A DNA stretch of 64,000 nucleotides, from the NCBI GenBank assembly GCA_965552055.1, contig CBEVQO010000001.1, positions 288,001 to 352,000 of the forward strand. The letters run 5' to 3'. Shown piece by piece: positions 29,678 through 39,168 of the stretch. A model generated the notes under the pieces. It had not been told where the DNA came from. It did not search any database and saw only the letters and a program-made list of their open reading frames with translations. Positions within the stretch are counted from its first letter, which is position 1. Every line of letters starts with the position of its first letter. The stretch comes from an uncultured bacterium (GTDB lineage Bacteria; Hydrothermota; UBA3073; NMUJ01; CBEVQO01). The translations under genes and the position numbers were made by a program.

Positions 29678-30484
29678 TTATATGTGAGCATCCAGTATGT
29701 CAAGATAATGTAAAACTTTTGCCTCTGGCAAGCGTGGTTCAACAGGTGAACCCCATTTTCTTTCCCCATGATGACTTAAAATCAGATGCAATAATTTTTG
29801 TGCCAAATCATCAGGAAAATCTTTTATCTCTTTGATTTTTTCTTTCACCATCTCATAACCTGCGACAATATGCGAAATCATTAACTCTTCTTCATTTATT
29901 TTTATTTCAGGTAGTAAATCGTAAGTTTTAATCTTCCCGATATCATGTAATATTGCACCTGTTAGCAATAAATCTTTATCAAGTTTTGGATAGAGCTCTG
30001 CGATTTTAAGGCATGCTTTACAAACATTTAAAGTGTGTTCAAGTAGTCCGCCCATCCACTGGTGATGCATTTTTGAAGCACCGGGTGACTTTTTAAATTT
30101 ATCAACGATTTCTTTATCTTTAAAAATTCTGGATAAAAGTTCACGCAAATAAGGATTTTTAACCTCGCCAGCTATCTTCCTGAATTCTTCCCACATTCCA
30201 TCAATTGACTTTTCTGTTACCTTTATAAAATCTTTGATATCAACTTCTTTTTCCGTAACTTTTTTGAATTCCTCAACTTCGATTTTTAATTTGTTATTTT
30301 CTTTAAAAACCTTGCCTCTTATTTTTACGAAATCGCCCCTTTTAAGTTCTTCTTTTTCTTTAAAAAGGGCGGGTATTTTTCCTGATTTATCACCCAAAAT
30401 AACTTCATCTTTAACATCAAAAATTACAAAAATATCTTCAAAGTTTTCGCCTTCTTTTAAATTGTTAACGAATTTCTCTTTCAT
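29678..30484 (-). CDS. OB-fold + HD domain protein (YhaM-like 3'-5' exoribonuclease)
   Basis: DKSGKI, HH..GGLLEHT, LHDIGK, SHHG...GSP. Confidence 0.88.
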   Translation of the reverse strand: MKEKFVNNLKEGENFEDIFVIFDVKDEVILGDKSGKIPALFKEKEELKRGDFVKIRGKVFKENNKLKIEVEEFKKVTEKEVDIKDFIKVTEKSIDGMWEEFRKIAGEVKNPYLRELLSRIFKDKEIVDKFKKSPGASKMHHQWMGGLLEHTLNVCKACLKIAELYPKLDKDLLLTGAILHDIGKIKTYDLLPEIKINEEELMISHIVAGYEMVKEKIKEIKDFPDDLAQKLLHLILSHHGERKWGSPVEPRLPEAKVLHYLDILDAHI

Positions 30485-31433
30485 ATTTTTCAACTTCTTC
30501 TATTTTTTCTTTTATTCTTTTTAAAAGTTCATCTATCCCTGTCACTTTGAGAGCAGAAATAGGTATTGCTTCATCGAATTTGATAATTTCTTTTACTAAA
30601 TCTATTTTATTCAATGCGATGATGTATGGTTTTTTCAGAATCATTGGATTGTATTCTCTTATTTCATTTTGAAGGATTGCGAAATCCCTTGCTGGGTCGG
30701 AAGTTATATCAAGCAGATATAAAAGCACTTTTGTTCTTTCAATGTGTCTTAAAAAATCGAGTCCGAGTCCTTTCCCTTCATGTGCTCCTTCGATTATCCC
30801 CGGTATATCTGCAAAAGTTATTCTCTTGTGGTCAATTTCCACTACACCGAGGTTTGGTGAGAGCGTTGTAAACGGGTAATCTGCGATTTTGGGTTCAGCA
30901 TTTGATATGCATTTTAAAAGTGTTGATTTTCCGGCATTCGGTAAGCCAACGATTCCAACATCTGCTATCAATTTTAACTCAAATGTAAGCCATTTTTCTT
31001 CTCCCGGTTTTCCCCTTTCTCTTATCCTCGGTGCCTGACGGGTTGGTGATTTGAAATGGGTGTTGCCCCTCCCTCCTTTGCCACCTTTTGCAACGATTAT
31101 CTCCTGTCCATCGTATAAAATTTCCCCAATTAGTTTATCTCCCTCATAAATGACGGTACCTGTCGGCACTTCGATTATGCAATCTTCACCTTTTGCACCA
31201 TGTTGATTTTTACCCCTTCCGTGTTCCCCATCTCCAGCGAACCAGTGTTTTTTGAAGAATAAATGATTTAAATTGTTTAAGTGTTTGTTTCCTCTTACTA
31301 TGACATTCCCGCCGTTGCCTCCATCTCCTCCGTCAGGTCCTCCCTTTGGCACGAATTTTTCTCTGCGAAAACTTATGCAACCATCACCTCCACGACCTGC
31401 TTTCACAAAAACTTTTACTTTATCTACAAACAT
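30465..31433 (-). CDS. obgE: GTPase ObgE/CgtA
   Basis: FRREKFVPKGGPDGGDGG, GLPNAGKST, YPFTT, DIPG, NKID. Confidence 0.97.
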   Translation of the reverse strand: MFVDKVKVFVKAGRGGDGCISFRREKFVPKGGPDGGDGGNGGNVIVRGNKHLNNLNHLFFKKHWFAGDGEHGRGKNQHGAKGEDCIIEVPTGTVIYEGDKLIGEILYDGQEIIVAKGGKGGRGNTHFKSPTRQAPRIRERGKPGEEKWLTFELKLIADVGIVGLPNAGKSTLLKCISNAEPKIADYPFTTLSPNLGVVEIDHKRITFADIPGIIEGAHEGKGLGLDFLRHIERTKVLLYLLDITSDPARDFAILQNEIREYNPMILKKPYIIALNKIDLVKEIIKFDEAIPISALKVTGIDELLKRIKEKIEEVEKYEREIR

Positions 31434-31880
31434 TTATAAGAGAATATTCAAACCCAAAAGTCCTTTATAATGGCTGTAAAATCCTGCTTCTCCGCTTAAA
31501 CTTATATAAAATTTTAACTGTCTGATTTGTATTATTTTAAGATTTAAAAAGAAAGATGCTGTTAGCAACTTTTGTGAGTTTGTTTCAAGTTCTATATCCT
31601 CATATTTTGCCCTTAAAGGCGTTACAAAGATTGCATTTATTTTTAGCCCTGTTGTAAATAGAAAAAAATCAAAAAGAGTCCCGAGAGAAATTCCCCTTTC
31701 ATACATGCTCAGCTGTATTTTATCTTTTTCGATATCATATTTTGAAAATACGCTTCCTATTGTCCAGTAATCTTTTTGATAAACAAAGGACAAATGCATT
31801 CCATTTCCCGAATATCCTTCCCAATTTATTTTTATATAAGATAAGTTTAACGATATCATACTTAAAATCATCAAAATCAT
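31434..31880 (-). CDS. Hypothetical protein (possible small beta-barrel)
   Basis: RBS AGGAGG; short hydrophobic N-terminus. Confidence 0.55.
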   Translation of the reverse strand: MILMILSMISLNLSYIKINWEGYSGNGMHLSFVYQKDYWTIGSVFSKYDIEKDKIQLSMYERGISLGTLFDFFLFTTGLKINAIFVTPLRAKYEDIELETNSQKLLTASFFLNLKIIQIRQLKFYISLSGEAGFYSHYKGLLGLNILL

Positions 31881-31923
31881 GATACCTCCTTTATTGTTGA
31901 ATTATAAGAAACTAATTCAAAAA

Positions 31924-33060
31924 TTAGGATTTTTGACATAATTCGATTGCTTTCTTTGCTCCTTCTACCATTTCTTTAACAGGTGTTATACCTGCTTTTT
32001 TCAAAATTTCGTAAGCTATTTCTTCGTTTGTGCCTGTTAATCTTACCACTATTGGCAGTTTAATATCAAGCTGTTTCAATGCCTGAACAATTCCATTTGC
32101 CACATCGTCGCATCTTGTAATGCCACCAAAAATGTTGAAAAATATTACTTTTACATTTTTATCTTCAAGTAATAATTTCAGTGCGTTTATAACCTTTTCG
32201 GGATTCGAACTTCCTCCGATATCCAAGAAGTTTGCAGGTTCGCCTCCGTATTTTTTAATCAAGTCCATAGTTGCCATTGCAAGACCTGCTCCATTCACGA
32301 TACACCCTATATTTCCCGTTAACTTCACATAAGATAAGCCTTTTTCTTTTGCTTCCAGTTCCTTCTTCTCATCGGGTGTTACATCTCTCATCTTCTCAAG
32401 TTCTGGGTGTTTAAAAAGTGCATTATCGTCTATTATTATTTTAGCATCGAGTGCAAAAACTTCTTTTTCAGATGTTACAACAAAGGGATTTATTTCTGCA
32501 AGCTGGGCATCGTTTTCTGAATATACTTTCCACAATTTTTTAATAACATCGAAGGTTTTCTTTTGCAATTCTTTATCGTTATAGAGTTTCATTGCCATTT
32601 TCCTTGCCTGAAAATCTTTTAATCCCGTTAATGGGTTAATCCATTCTTTATAAATTGCTTCGGGTTTGGTGCGGGCAACCTCTTCGATATCAACTCCGCC
32701 TTCAGGGCTACATATTAAGACAGGTTCTTTCTCTCTCCTGTCAAGAGTTATGCCGATGTATGCTTCTGATTCAACATCTATCTTCTTTGTTACCAGTACT
32801 TTTTCCACTTTTATACCTTTCAGTTCCATTCCGAGTATGCTTTTTGCGACATCATAAGCCTCTTCCTCTGATTGTGCGAATTTTATTCCTCCTGCTTTGC
32901 CTCTTCCTCCTACCAGCACCTGTGCTTTTATGACAACAGGAAAACCTATTTCTTTTGCTATTCTTACAGCTTCATCAGGAGTTTGAGCAACTTTGCCTTC
33001 GGGTATCGGTATCCCGTATTTTTTGAAGATTTCCTTTGAGCGATATTCCTGAAGCTTCAT
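31924..33060 (-). CDS. sucC: Succinate-CoA ligase (ADP-forming) beta subunit
   Basis: KAQVLVGGRGKAGG, EINP, NGAGLAMATMD, NFLDIGG, NIFGGITRCD. Confidence 0.95.
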   Translation of the reverse strand: MKLQEYRSKEIFKKYGIPIPEGKVAQTPDEAVRIAKEIGFPVVIKAQVLVGGRGKAGGIKFAQSEEEAYDVAKSILGMELKGIKVEKVLVTKKIDVESEAYIGITLDRREKEPVLICSPEGGVDIEEVARTKPEAIYKEWINPLTGLKDFQARKMAMKLYNDKELQKKTFDVIKKLWKVYSENDAQLAEINPFVVTSEKEVFALDAKIIIDDNALFKHPELEKMRDVTPDEKKELEAKEKGLSYVKLTGNIGCIVNGAGLAMATMDLIKKYGGEPANFLDIGGSSNPEKVINALKLLLEDKNVKVIFFNIFGGITRCDDVANGIVQALKQLDIKLPIVVRLTGTNEEIAYEILKKAGITPVKEMVEGAKKAIELCQKS

Positions 33061-33087
33061 TTTACCTCCCCTTTATAAACCACATTA

Positions 33088-33114
33088 ATTTTATTCATAA
33101 AATCGGAATGTCAA
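33088..33114 (-). promoter_or_regulatory. sigma70-like promoter TTGACA-N15-TAAAAT (sucC)
   Basis: TGTCAA 33109-33114, ATTTTA 33088-33093. Confidence 0.65.
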
Positions 33115-33156
33115 TGATTTTTTCTTGACAAAAAAAGAAAAAAATTATTATAAAAT

Positions 33157-34071
33157 ATGATGTTTGTGCTGTCACTGATACTGGTGGTAATCAAAATTGA
33201 GTCCGGAGAGCCTTTTTCTGTTACTCTAGATAAGCTTTACAATGCAGGTGTTATTCGTCATAAAACTTGGACAAAATTCTGGGCTATTCTCACAGGTGCA
33301 GATAGAAGGATAAAAGCAGGCAGGTATAAGTTGAGAGAAAATATGGGAACTTTTGAGTTATTGAGAATTCTGACAAAGGGTCAAAATTTGCTTGTTACAA
33401 TACCAGAAGGAGTAACACTTAGAGAAATAGCTCATATTTTGAAGAGGGAAGCAGGTGTTGATTCCTTGCTGTTTATGGAGCTCGCAAAGGATACAATTTT
33501 CATAAGGCAACTCGGTATAAAAGAGGCAAAAACACTGGAGGGCTTCCTTTTCCCGGATACTTATTGCCTTTACTGGGGGATAGCGCCCGAAAAAGTTATT
33601 AAACTTATGGTTAAAAGGTTTTTTGAAATTTTTACAGATAGTTTGCAAAAAAGAGCAAGGGAAATAGGTTTTTCTCTTTATCAGGCAGTAATTTTTGCAT
33701 CGCTTGTTCAGGCAGAAGCAAAAGTAACAGAGGAGATGCCGATAATATCTTCTGTGTATCACAACAGGTTAAAGAAAAATTTGCCTTTGCAATGTGACCC
33801 CACAATACAATACATCCTGCCAAAAAGGAAGCCCAATCTAACTTATAAGGATTTGAAAATAAATTCACCTTATAACACTTACATCCACAGAGGGTTGCCT
33901 CCCGGACCCATATGCTCTCCCGGTAAAGATGCGATAATAGCAGCACTTTATCCTGCCGAAACCGATTACTTATATTTTGTGGCAAAAGGAGATGGAACAC
34001 ACATATTTTCAAAAACACATAAAGAACATTTGAGGGCAAAGAGATGGGTGAGAAAATTCAGAAAATATTAA
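33157..34071 (+). CDS. mltG: Endolytic transglycosylase MltG
   Basis: TIPEG, LEGFLFPDTY, ASLVQAE, LQCDPT, SPYNTY..GLPPGPI, YLYFVA. Confidence 0.93.
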   Translation: MMFVLSLILVVIKIESGEPFSVTLDKLYNAGVIRHKTWTKFWAILTGADRRIKAGRYKLRENMGTFELLRILTKGQNLLVTIPEGVTLREIAHILKREAGVDSLLFMELAKDTIFIRQLGIKEAKTLEGFLFPDTYCLYWGIAPEKVIKLMVKRFFEIFTDSLQKRAREIGFSLYQAVIFASLVQAEAKVTEEMPIISSVYHNRLKKNLPLQCDPTIQYILPKRKPNLTYKDLKINSPYNTYIHRGLPPGPICSPGKDAIIAALYPAETDYLYFVAKGDGTHIFSKTHKEHLRAKRWVRKFRKY

Positions 34072-36284
34072 TTTTCTTATTTATAACATCGCTTGCATAT
34101 TCACAGGAAATGCCTGAAATCATTGATATACAGATAACAGGCAATAAGTACATTGAAGATGGATTCATTTATTCTTTAATCGGTGTGGATATAGGTGATA
34201 AATTGTCTCCTACGCTTACTTCTGATATCCTGAAAAAATTGTATAAAACAGGATTGTTTAAAGATGTAAAAGTAACTGCAACTCAAACAGAATACGGGGT
34301 TTCTCTGTTGATAAAAGTTATGGAAAATCCCATTCTGGATAGCGTTATCATTTATAAAAGGGATAAAAGATTATCTAGGAAAAAGACGAATAAAATTCTT
34401 GAAAAACTGGAAATTGACCTTGGACAATTTCTTTCGGATAAAGATATTTTTGATATAAAGAAAAAGTTAGAAGAGAAATACAAAAAGTATAAAGTGGATA
34501 TAGATAAGTTTGAGGAAAATGGCAGGGTTTATCTTGTTATAAGGATGTCGAAGAAGAAAATTTATCGTTTCGGTAAAATTACAATATATGGCGAAAAGAG
34601 ATTGAAAGAGAAGGATTTAAAGAAAGCATTAAAGCTTACAAAAAGGAAGTGGCTGCTTTTCAAGGAGAAAAAGAAATTTTCGGAATTCGAACTTGATAAT
34701 GCATTATTAAGATTGGATGAGTATTTCAAGAAACATGGATTTATGGAAGCAGAAGTAAAGAGTGTAAAACTTGACACTAATAAAAATAGGGTAGATTTAT
34801 CCCTGGAAATTTTTGAGGGGAAAAGGTATTATTTTGGTGATTTTAGCATAGAAGGAGCAAAGGCTATTCCTGAAAAGGTTTTGTCAAAGCAAATAAAAAT
34901 TAAAAAAAGTAAACCATACAATCCCTTTAAGATTCAGAAGTCAATTCAAAATATCGCTGTTTTGTATGCCGACCTCGGGTATATGCGCGCAAATATCCGT
35001 CCAGAAGAGGAAATAAAAGATACAATTGTAAACATAAAATTTAAAATAAACGAGGGAAATAAAATGAGAGTAAGGAAAATTTTGATAGTAAATAATACAA
35101 AGACATTCGATAAAGTGATAAGAAGGGAACTTGTGATATTTCCTGGTGATGTTTTGAGCCGTGACAAAATAATAATGAGTCAAAGGAAAATATTCAGTTT
35201 AAATTATTTTGACAATGTGGAGGTTCAAATGAGGGAGACCGAGAATGAAGATGAAGTTGACCTTATTTTTAAAGTATATGAGAAAAAATTTATGGGTAAT
35301 TTTTCCGTAGGTGCTTCATATTCCAAGGAACAGGGTATCGCTGGTTATGCTACCGTTACAATGCCCAATTTCAGAGGTAGGGGCGAGGAAATACGCTTTA
35401 CCGCTACCAAGGGCGAGAAAATAAATGACCTTACACTCGGATATACAAAGCCATGGATTTTCGATACACCTTTAACCGTTGGACTCGACTTCTTTATAAC
35501 CACAAGAAGGTATATAGATTTTACGAAAAGAAGAAGAGGAATAGGTTTATCTCTAAGCAGACCTTTGCCATGGAATCCTTATACAAAGATATTTTACTAT
35601 CACAATATTGAAATGGTAAAAGTGAATCTTTATGATACAACGAATATTTCACCTTATATGCGTGAGCAATTACAGAATAGGTTACAAAATTTGATGCGCT
35701 TTGTTATAAAAAGGGATTCAAGGGATAATCCTTTTAATCCCCGTGTCGGCACATTGAATTTATTCTCTTTTGATTTTGCTGGTATCTTTGGTGATGTCTA
35801 TTACAGGAAAATTGAATTTGAGAATTGTTGTTACAATAGGTTATATCGTGATTTTTACATTATGTTGCGTTATCGTTTTGGTGCAGCTTTTGGTGATGTG
35901 CCGATTTACGAGCGCTTTCTGCTCGGAGGAGCAGGTGTATGGGGAGTGAGAGGATACAGAGATTATTCTATAGGAATTCCTACAGGTACCATTATAATGG
36001 GTGGAAGATATGCTGTTTGTGCCACAATAGAGATAAAATATGCACCGAAAACACAGAAAATGCAAACATTTTATCCTTTAATATTCTTTGATGCTGGAAA
36101 CACTTCTGAAAATCTTTTTGATTTATCTCTGACTAAAATGAAAATAGGAGCAGGAATCGGCATAAGGATGGAGTTGCCGATGATAGGTGTTATTGGGATT
36201 GATTATGGATACGGCTTTAACAGACCTGAGAAGAGATGGCGTGATAGGTGGGAGTTGCATTTCCAGGGAATGAGGATGTTCTAA
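34044..36284 (+). CDS. bamA: Outer membrane protein assembly factor BamA
   Basis: POTRA repeats (NNTKTFDKVIRRE), VRGY motif, C-terminal barrel ending in Phe. Confidence 0.9.
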   Translation: MGEKIQKILIFLFITSLAYSQEMPEIIDIQITGNKYIEDGFIYSLIGVDIGDKLSPTLTSDILKKLYKTGLFKDVKVTATQTEYGVSLLIKVMENPILDSVIIYKRDKRLSRKKTNKILEKLEIDLGQFLSDKDIFDIKKKLEEKYKKYKVDIDKFEENGRVYLVIRMSKKKIYRFGKITIYGEKRLKEKDLKKALKLTKRKWLLFKEKKKFSEFELDNALLRLDEYFKKHGFMEAEVKSVKLDTNKNRVDLSLEIFEGKRYYFGDFSIEGAKAIPEKVLSKQIKIKKSKPYNPFKIQKSIQNIAVLYADLGYMRANIRPEEEIKDTIVNIKFKINEGNKMRVRKILIVNNTKTFDKVIRRELVIFPGDVLSRDKIIMSQRKIFSLNYFDNVEVQMRETENEDEVDLIFKVYEKKFMGNFSVGASYSKEQGIAGYATVTMPNFRGRGEEIRFTATKGEKINDLTLGYTKPWIFDTPLTVGLDFFITTRRYIDFTKRRRGIGLSLSRPLPWNPYTKIFYYHNIEMVKVNLYDTTNISPYMREQLQNRLQNLMRFVIKRDSRDNPFNPRVGTLNLFSFDFAGIFGDVYYRKIEFENCCYNRLYRDFYIMLRYRFGAAFGDVPIYERFLLGGAGVWGVRGYRDYSIGIPTGTIIMGGRYAVCATIEIKYAPKTQKMQTFYPLIFFDAGNTSENLFDLSLTKMKIGAGIGIRMELPMIGVIGIDYGYGFNRPEKRWRDRWELHFQGMRMF

Positions 36285-36285
36285 A

Positions 36286-37101
36286 ATGAAAGAATTATTA
36301 ACAATTTTGAAGGAAGATTTAGACACGCAAAGGAAAATATTCGGATTGTTGCAGAAGATGACAAAACTGATGGAAGATAAGGTGAAAAATGTATACGCAA
36401 TCGAAAAGTCGCTATCAGAAATGGAGAAATTGGTGAAAAAGATGAGAGAAAGCGAGATTAAGAAAAAATTACAGGAATTTATCGAAAAAGAAGGAGAAAA
36501 ATTGCGAAGTTTAAAGAATGAATTAAAATTGAAGCTGTTTACACAGTTAAAGGAAAAATTGCAAAAGGGAGGATTAAATTTAAAAGGCCAATATCCCAAT
36601 TTGTACTGTGGGATTTTTACATTGAAAATAGATTTTGAGAGAGGGGCTGTGAGATTGCTAATAGGACCCGAAGAAGTATCGAAATTGCAGTTAAATCCCG
36701 ATAATGTTGCTGATTATATTTTGAAATATATGAAGGAATTAAAGGAAAGGGAATTTGATGCATCTAAATTTTATAATCTTTTGCGTCAGGCATACAGGAG
36801 ATATGTTTTGTTGAATAATATGCAGGATGGTGATAGAGCACCCATTGTTGGTGTGTATAATGAATTTGTGTTATTAAACCAGCCAAAAAGTTTCTTTATA
36901 GAGCCAAAGAGGGAGAACTTTAAGCCTTATCCCCGTTTATTTTTCGCATATGACCTTTATAGACTCAGACGGACACAGTTTAAAGATAAGATAAATTTGA
37001 TAGTCGCTACATTGCAGGCAACATCCGATCAGACAAAGTATATGTATATTTTTGATACAGAAGAGTCAGGTACAAGGTATTCTTACATTATCGTAAGATG
37101 A
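36286..37101 (+). CDS. Hypothetical protein
   Basis: 271-aa ORF coupled between bamA and tsaD. Confidence 0.7.
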   Translation: MKELLTILKEDLDTQRKIFGLLQKMTKLMEDKVKNVYAIEKSLSEMEKLVKKMRESEIKKKLQEFIEKEGEKLRSLKNELKLKLFTQLKEKLQKGGLNLKGQYPNLYCGIFTLKIDFERGAVRLLIGPEEVSKLQLNPDNVADYILKYMKELKEREFDASKFYNLLRQAYRRYVLLNNMQDGDRAPIVGVYNEFVLLNQPKSFFIEPKRENFKPYPRLFFAYDLYRLRRTQFKDKINLIVATLQATSDQTKYMYIFDTEESGTRYSYIIVR

Positions 37102-38090
37102 TAATCCTCGGTATAGAGACATCATGTGATGATACATCGTGTGGGATAATAAGGAGAGAAGATGAAGAAATAGAAGTTTTATCAAATGTTACGCATACTC
37201 AGTTAATCCATGCAGAATATGGTGGGGTTGTTCCTGAGCTTGCTGCTCGTGCTCATGTGAAAAATATTTTGCCTGTTTTACAAAAAGCACTTGAAGAAGC
37301 CAAAATTGATTTGAGTGAAATTGATGGAATAGGGGTTACTTATGGACCTGGTCTTATAGGGTCTTTGCTCTGTGGAGTGGAATTCGCAAAAGCTTTTTCG
37401 TATGCATTGAAGAAACCCCTTTGCGGTGTAAACCATCTGGAAGCCCATATTTATTCACTTTTTCTGGAGAACAAGATAAATTTTCCTTTTATTTGCTTAA
37501 TCGTTTCGGGAGGACACACTGACTTATTGATATTTTATGAGCATTTCAACTATAAACTCCTTGGTACAACGGTTGATGATGCAGCGGGAGAGGCTTTGGA
37601 TAAGGTTGGAAGATTACTCGGACTCGAATATCCCGGAGGTCCTGCAATAGATAGAATATCAAAAAAGGGAAATCCAAAAAGGATAGATTTTCCGAGGATG
37701 AATGTAAAAGGCTTAGATTTTAGTTTTAGTGGTATAAAGACATCTGCTCTCTATTATATTAAAAGGATAGGCAAATGGCGAGAGATACCCGTTTATCCTG
37801 TTGAAGATATAGCAGCGAGTTTTCAGGAAGCAGTTGTTGACTCTTTGATAATGAGGATAATGGAAGCGGTGGAGCTTACAGGGGTTAAGCGTGTTGGTGT
37901 ATGCGGGGGGGTGGCGCGCAATTCGAGACTCAGGGAGAAGTTAAGAGAAATGGATATAGAAGTTTTTTATCCTTCAGGTAAATTCTGTACGGATAACGGT
38001 GCAATGGTAGCGCTTTGTGCTTCTTATTATATTGAACGGGGAATAATCTCCGACATAAATTTAACATCCAATCCCTCTTTGCATTTATAG
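37098..38090 (+). CDS. tsaD: tRNA N6-threonylcarbamoyladenosine synthesis protein TsaD
   Basis: GIETSCDDT, GGVVPELAARAH, NHLEAH, VSGGHT, DDAAGEA, TDNGAM. Confidence 0.97.
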   Translation: MIILGIETSCDDTSCGIIRREDEEIEVLSNVTHTQLIHAEYGGVVPELAARAHVKNILPVLQKALEEAKIDLSEIDGIGVTYGPGLIGSLLCGVEFAKAFSYALKKPLCGVNHLEAHIYSLFLENKINFPFICLIVSGGHTDLLIFYEHFNYKLLGTTVDDAAGEALDKVGRLLGLEYPGGPAIDRISKKGNPKRIDFPRMNVKGLDFSFSGIKTSALYYIKRIGKWREIPVYPVEDIAASFQEAVVDSLIMRIMEAVELTGVKRVGVCGGVARNSRLREKLREMDIEVFYPSGKFCTDNGAMVALCASYYIERGIISDINLTSNPSLHL

Positions 38091-38135
38091 ATGAAAAAAT
38101 CTTGACAAATCAAATAATTGTGTTATAATAATATA

Positions 38136-39164
38136 ATGTTGATGATAAGTTTTTTAGTTGGAATTAGTTTATTTTATAACCCTCTGAAGATAACTATGGG
38201 CTATAATTTTTATAACCACAGACCGTTGGGTGAAGTATATCTTAATACCGTGGGTTTCAAAGTAAAGAATGTATCTGTGGGAGTAAGTTTTCATTATTTT
38301 TCTTATGTCCAGACAACTAAATATATAGAATTTGGGAAAAAGGTGCAAACAACTGTGGGAGAGTATGAGCGTGCCCGTGTAATCTATGAAAACATTGACC
38401 ATTTTGGTGTAATGAATATAGGATTTTCTTTTAAACGCATAAATTTTCGGCTCACGATACCACTATGGGTTATAAACGATGACTGGTATATGTGGGGGTT
38501 GATTCGTTATTTTGATTCCGATTCGAGTTTAAGCTTCCTTGATTGCCAAAGTGAGCCTCTCTTTTTTATAAAACCTTCTCTTTGTTATCAATTCAAGGGA
38601 AATAAATATGGATTATTGAAGCTTGAGGCAGGATTATTTTTATTAAAATTTCCAAGTCTAAGGGGTTATGACTATTCTACTTCATTGGAACCTTCTCCTT
38701 TATCAAATAAAATAAAAACTTTCTTTATTTCTCCTTATGTTCAGGCAAATTGTGATTTTTCCAAAATAGAAATTTCGAGGCACAATACTCTTACGGATAT
38801 GGCATTAAATATAGGTATTTGTACTGAATTAACATTGTGTTTTTTCTTTTACGCTCCTTACATAGATGAAGTTCCACTGAGTACAAGGCTTTTTACTGCC
38901 TCTTTATGGACTATGAATACTTTAGTAACTTCCTTCTTGGAACATAAAGTAAAAGAGAAGTATGGAAATAAATGGTTTATTAAGTTGTTGTCCGGTGCAT
39001 CCACAGGGCTTATATGGGGAGCGGGAAACCTTTTATTTGCTGGATTGACGGATGCGGAAATTTATTTAGGAAGTGGAGATTATCTTGCAACTACTTACAG
39101 TTGTGTGACGGTACTGGGAATAGGGATGCTTTCGCATGTACTAACATCTTTAATTTTTGATTAA
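38136..39164 (+). CDS. Hypothetical membrane protein
   Basis: Long ORF with C-terminal TM segments; TTGACA-N16-TATAAT just upstream. Confidence 0.6.
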   Translation: MLMISFLVGISLFYNPLKITMGYNFYNHRPLGEVYLNTVGFKVKNVSVGVSFHYFSYVQTTKYIEFGKKVQTTVGEYERARVIYENIDHFGVMNIGFSFKRINFRLTIPLWVINDDWYMWGLIRYFDSDSSLSFLDCQSEPLFFIKPSLCYQFKGNKYGLLKLEAGLFLLKFPSLRGYDYSTSLEPSPLSNKIKTFFISPYVQANCDFSKIEISRHNTLTDMALNIGICTELTLCFFFYAPYIDEVPLSTRLFTASLWTMNTLVTSFLEHKVKEKYGNKWFIKLLSGASTGLIWGAGNLLFAGLTDAEIYLGSGDYLATTYSCVTVLGIGMLSHVLTSLIFD

Positions 39165-39168
39165 TTTA

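Noticed and set aside
31924..33060. sucC without adjacent sucD
   Set aside because: Split sucC/sucD arrangements are not rare; sucD may lie outside the window
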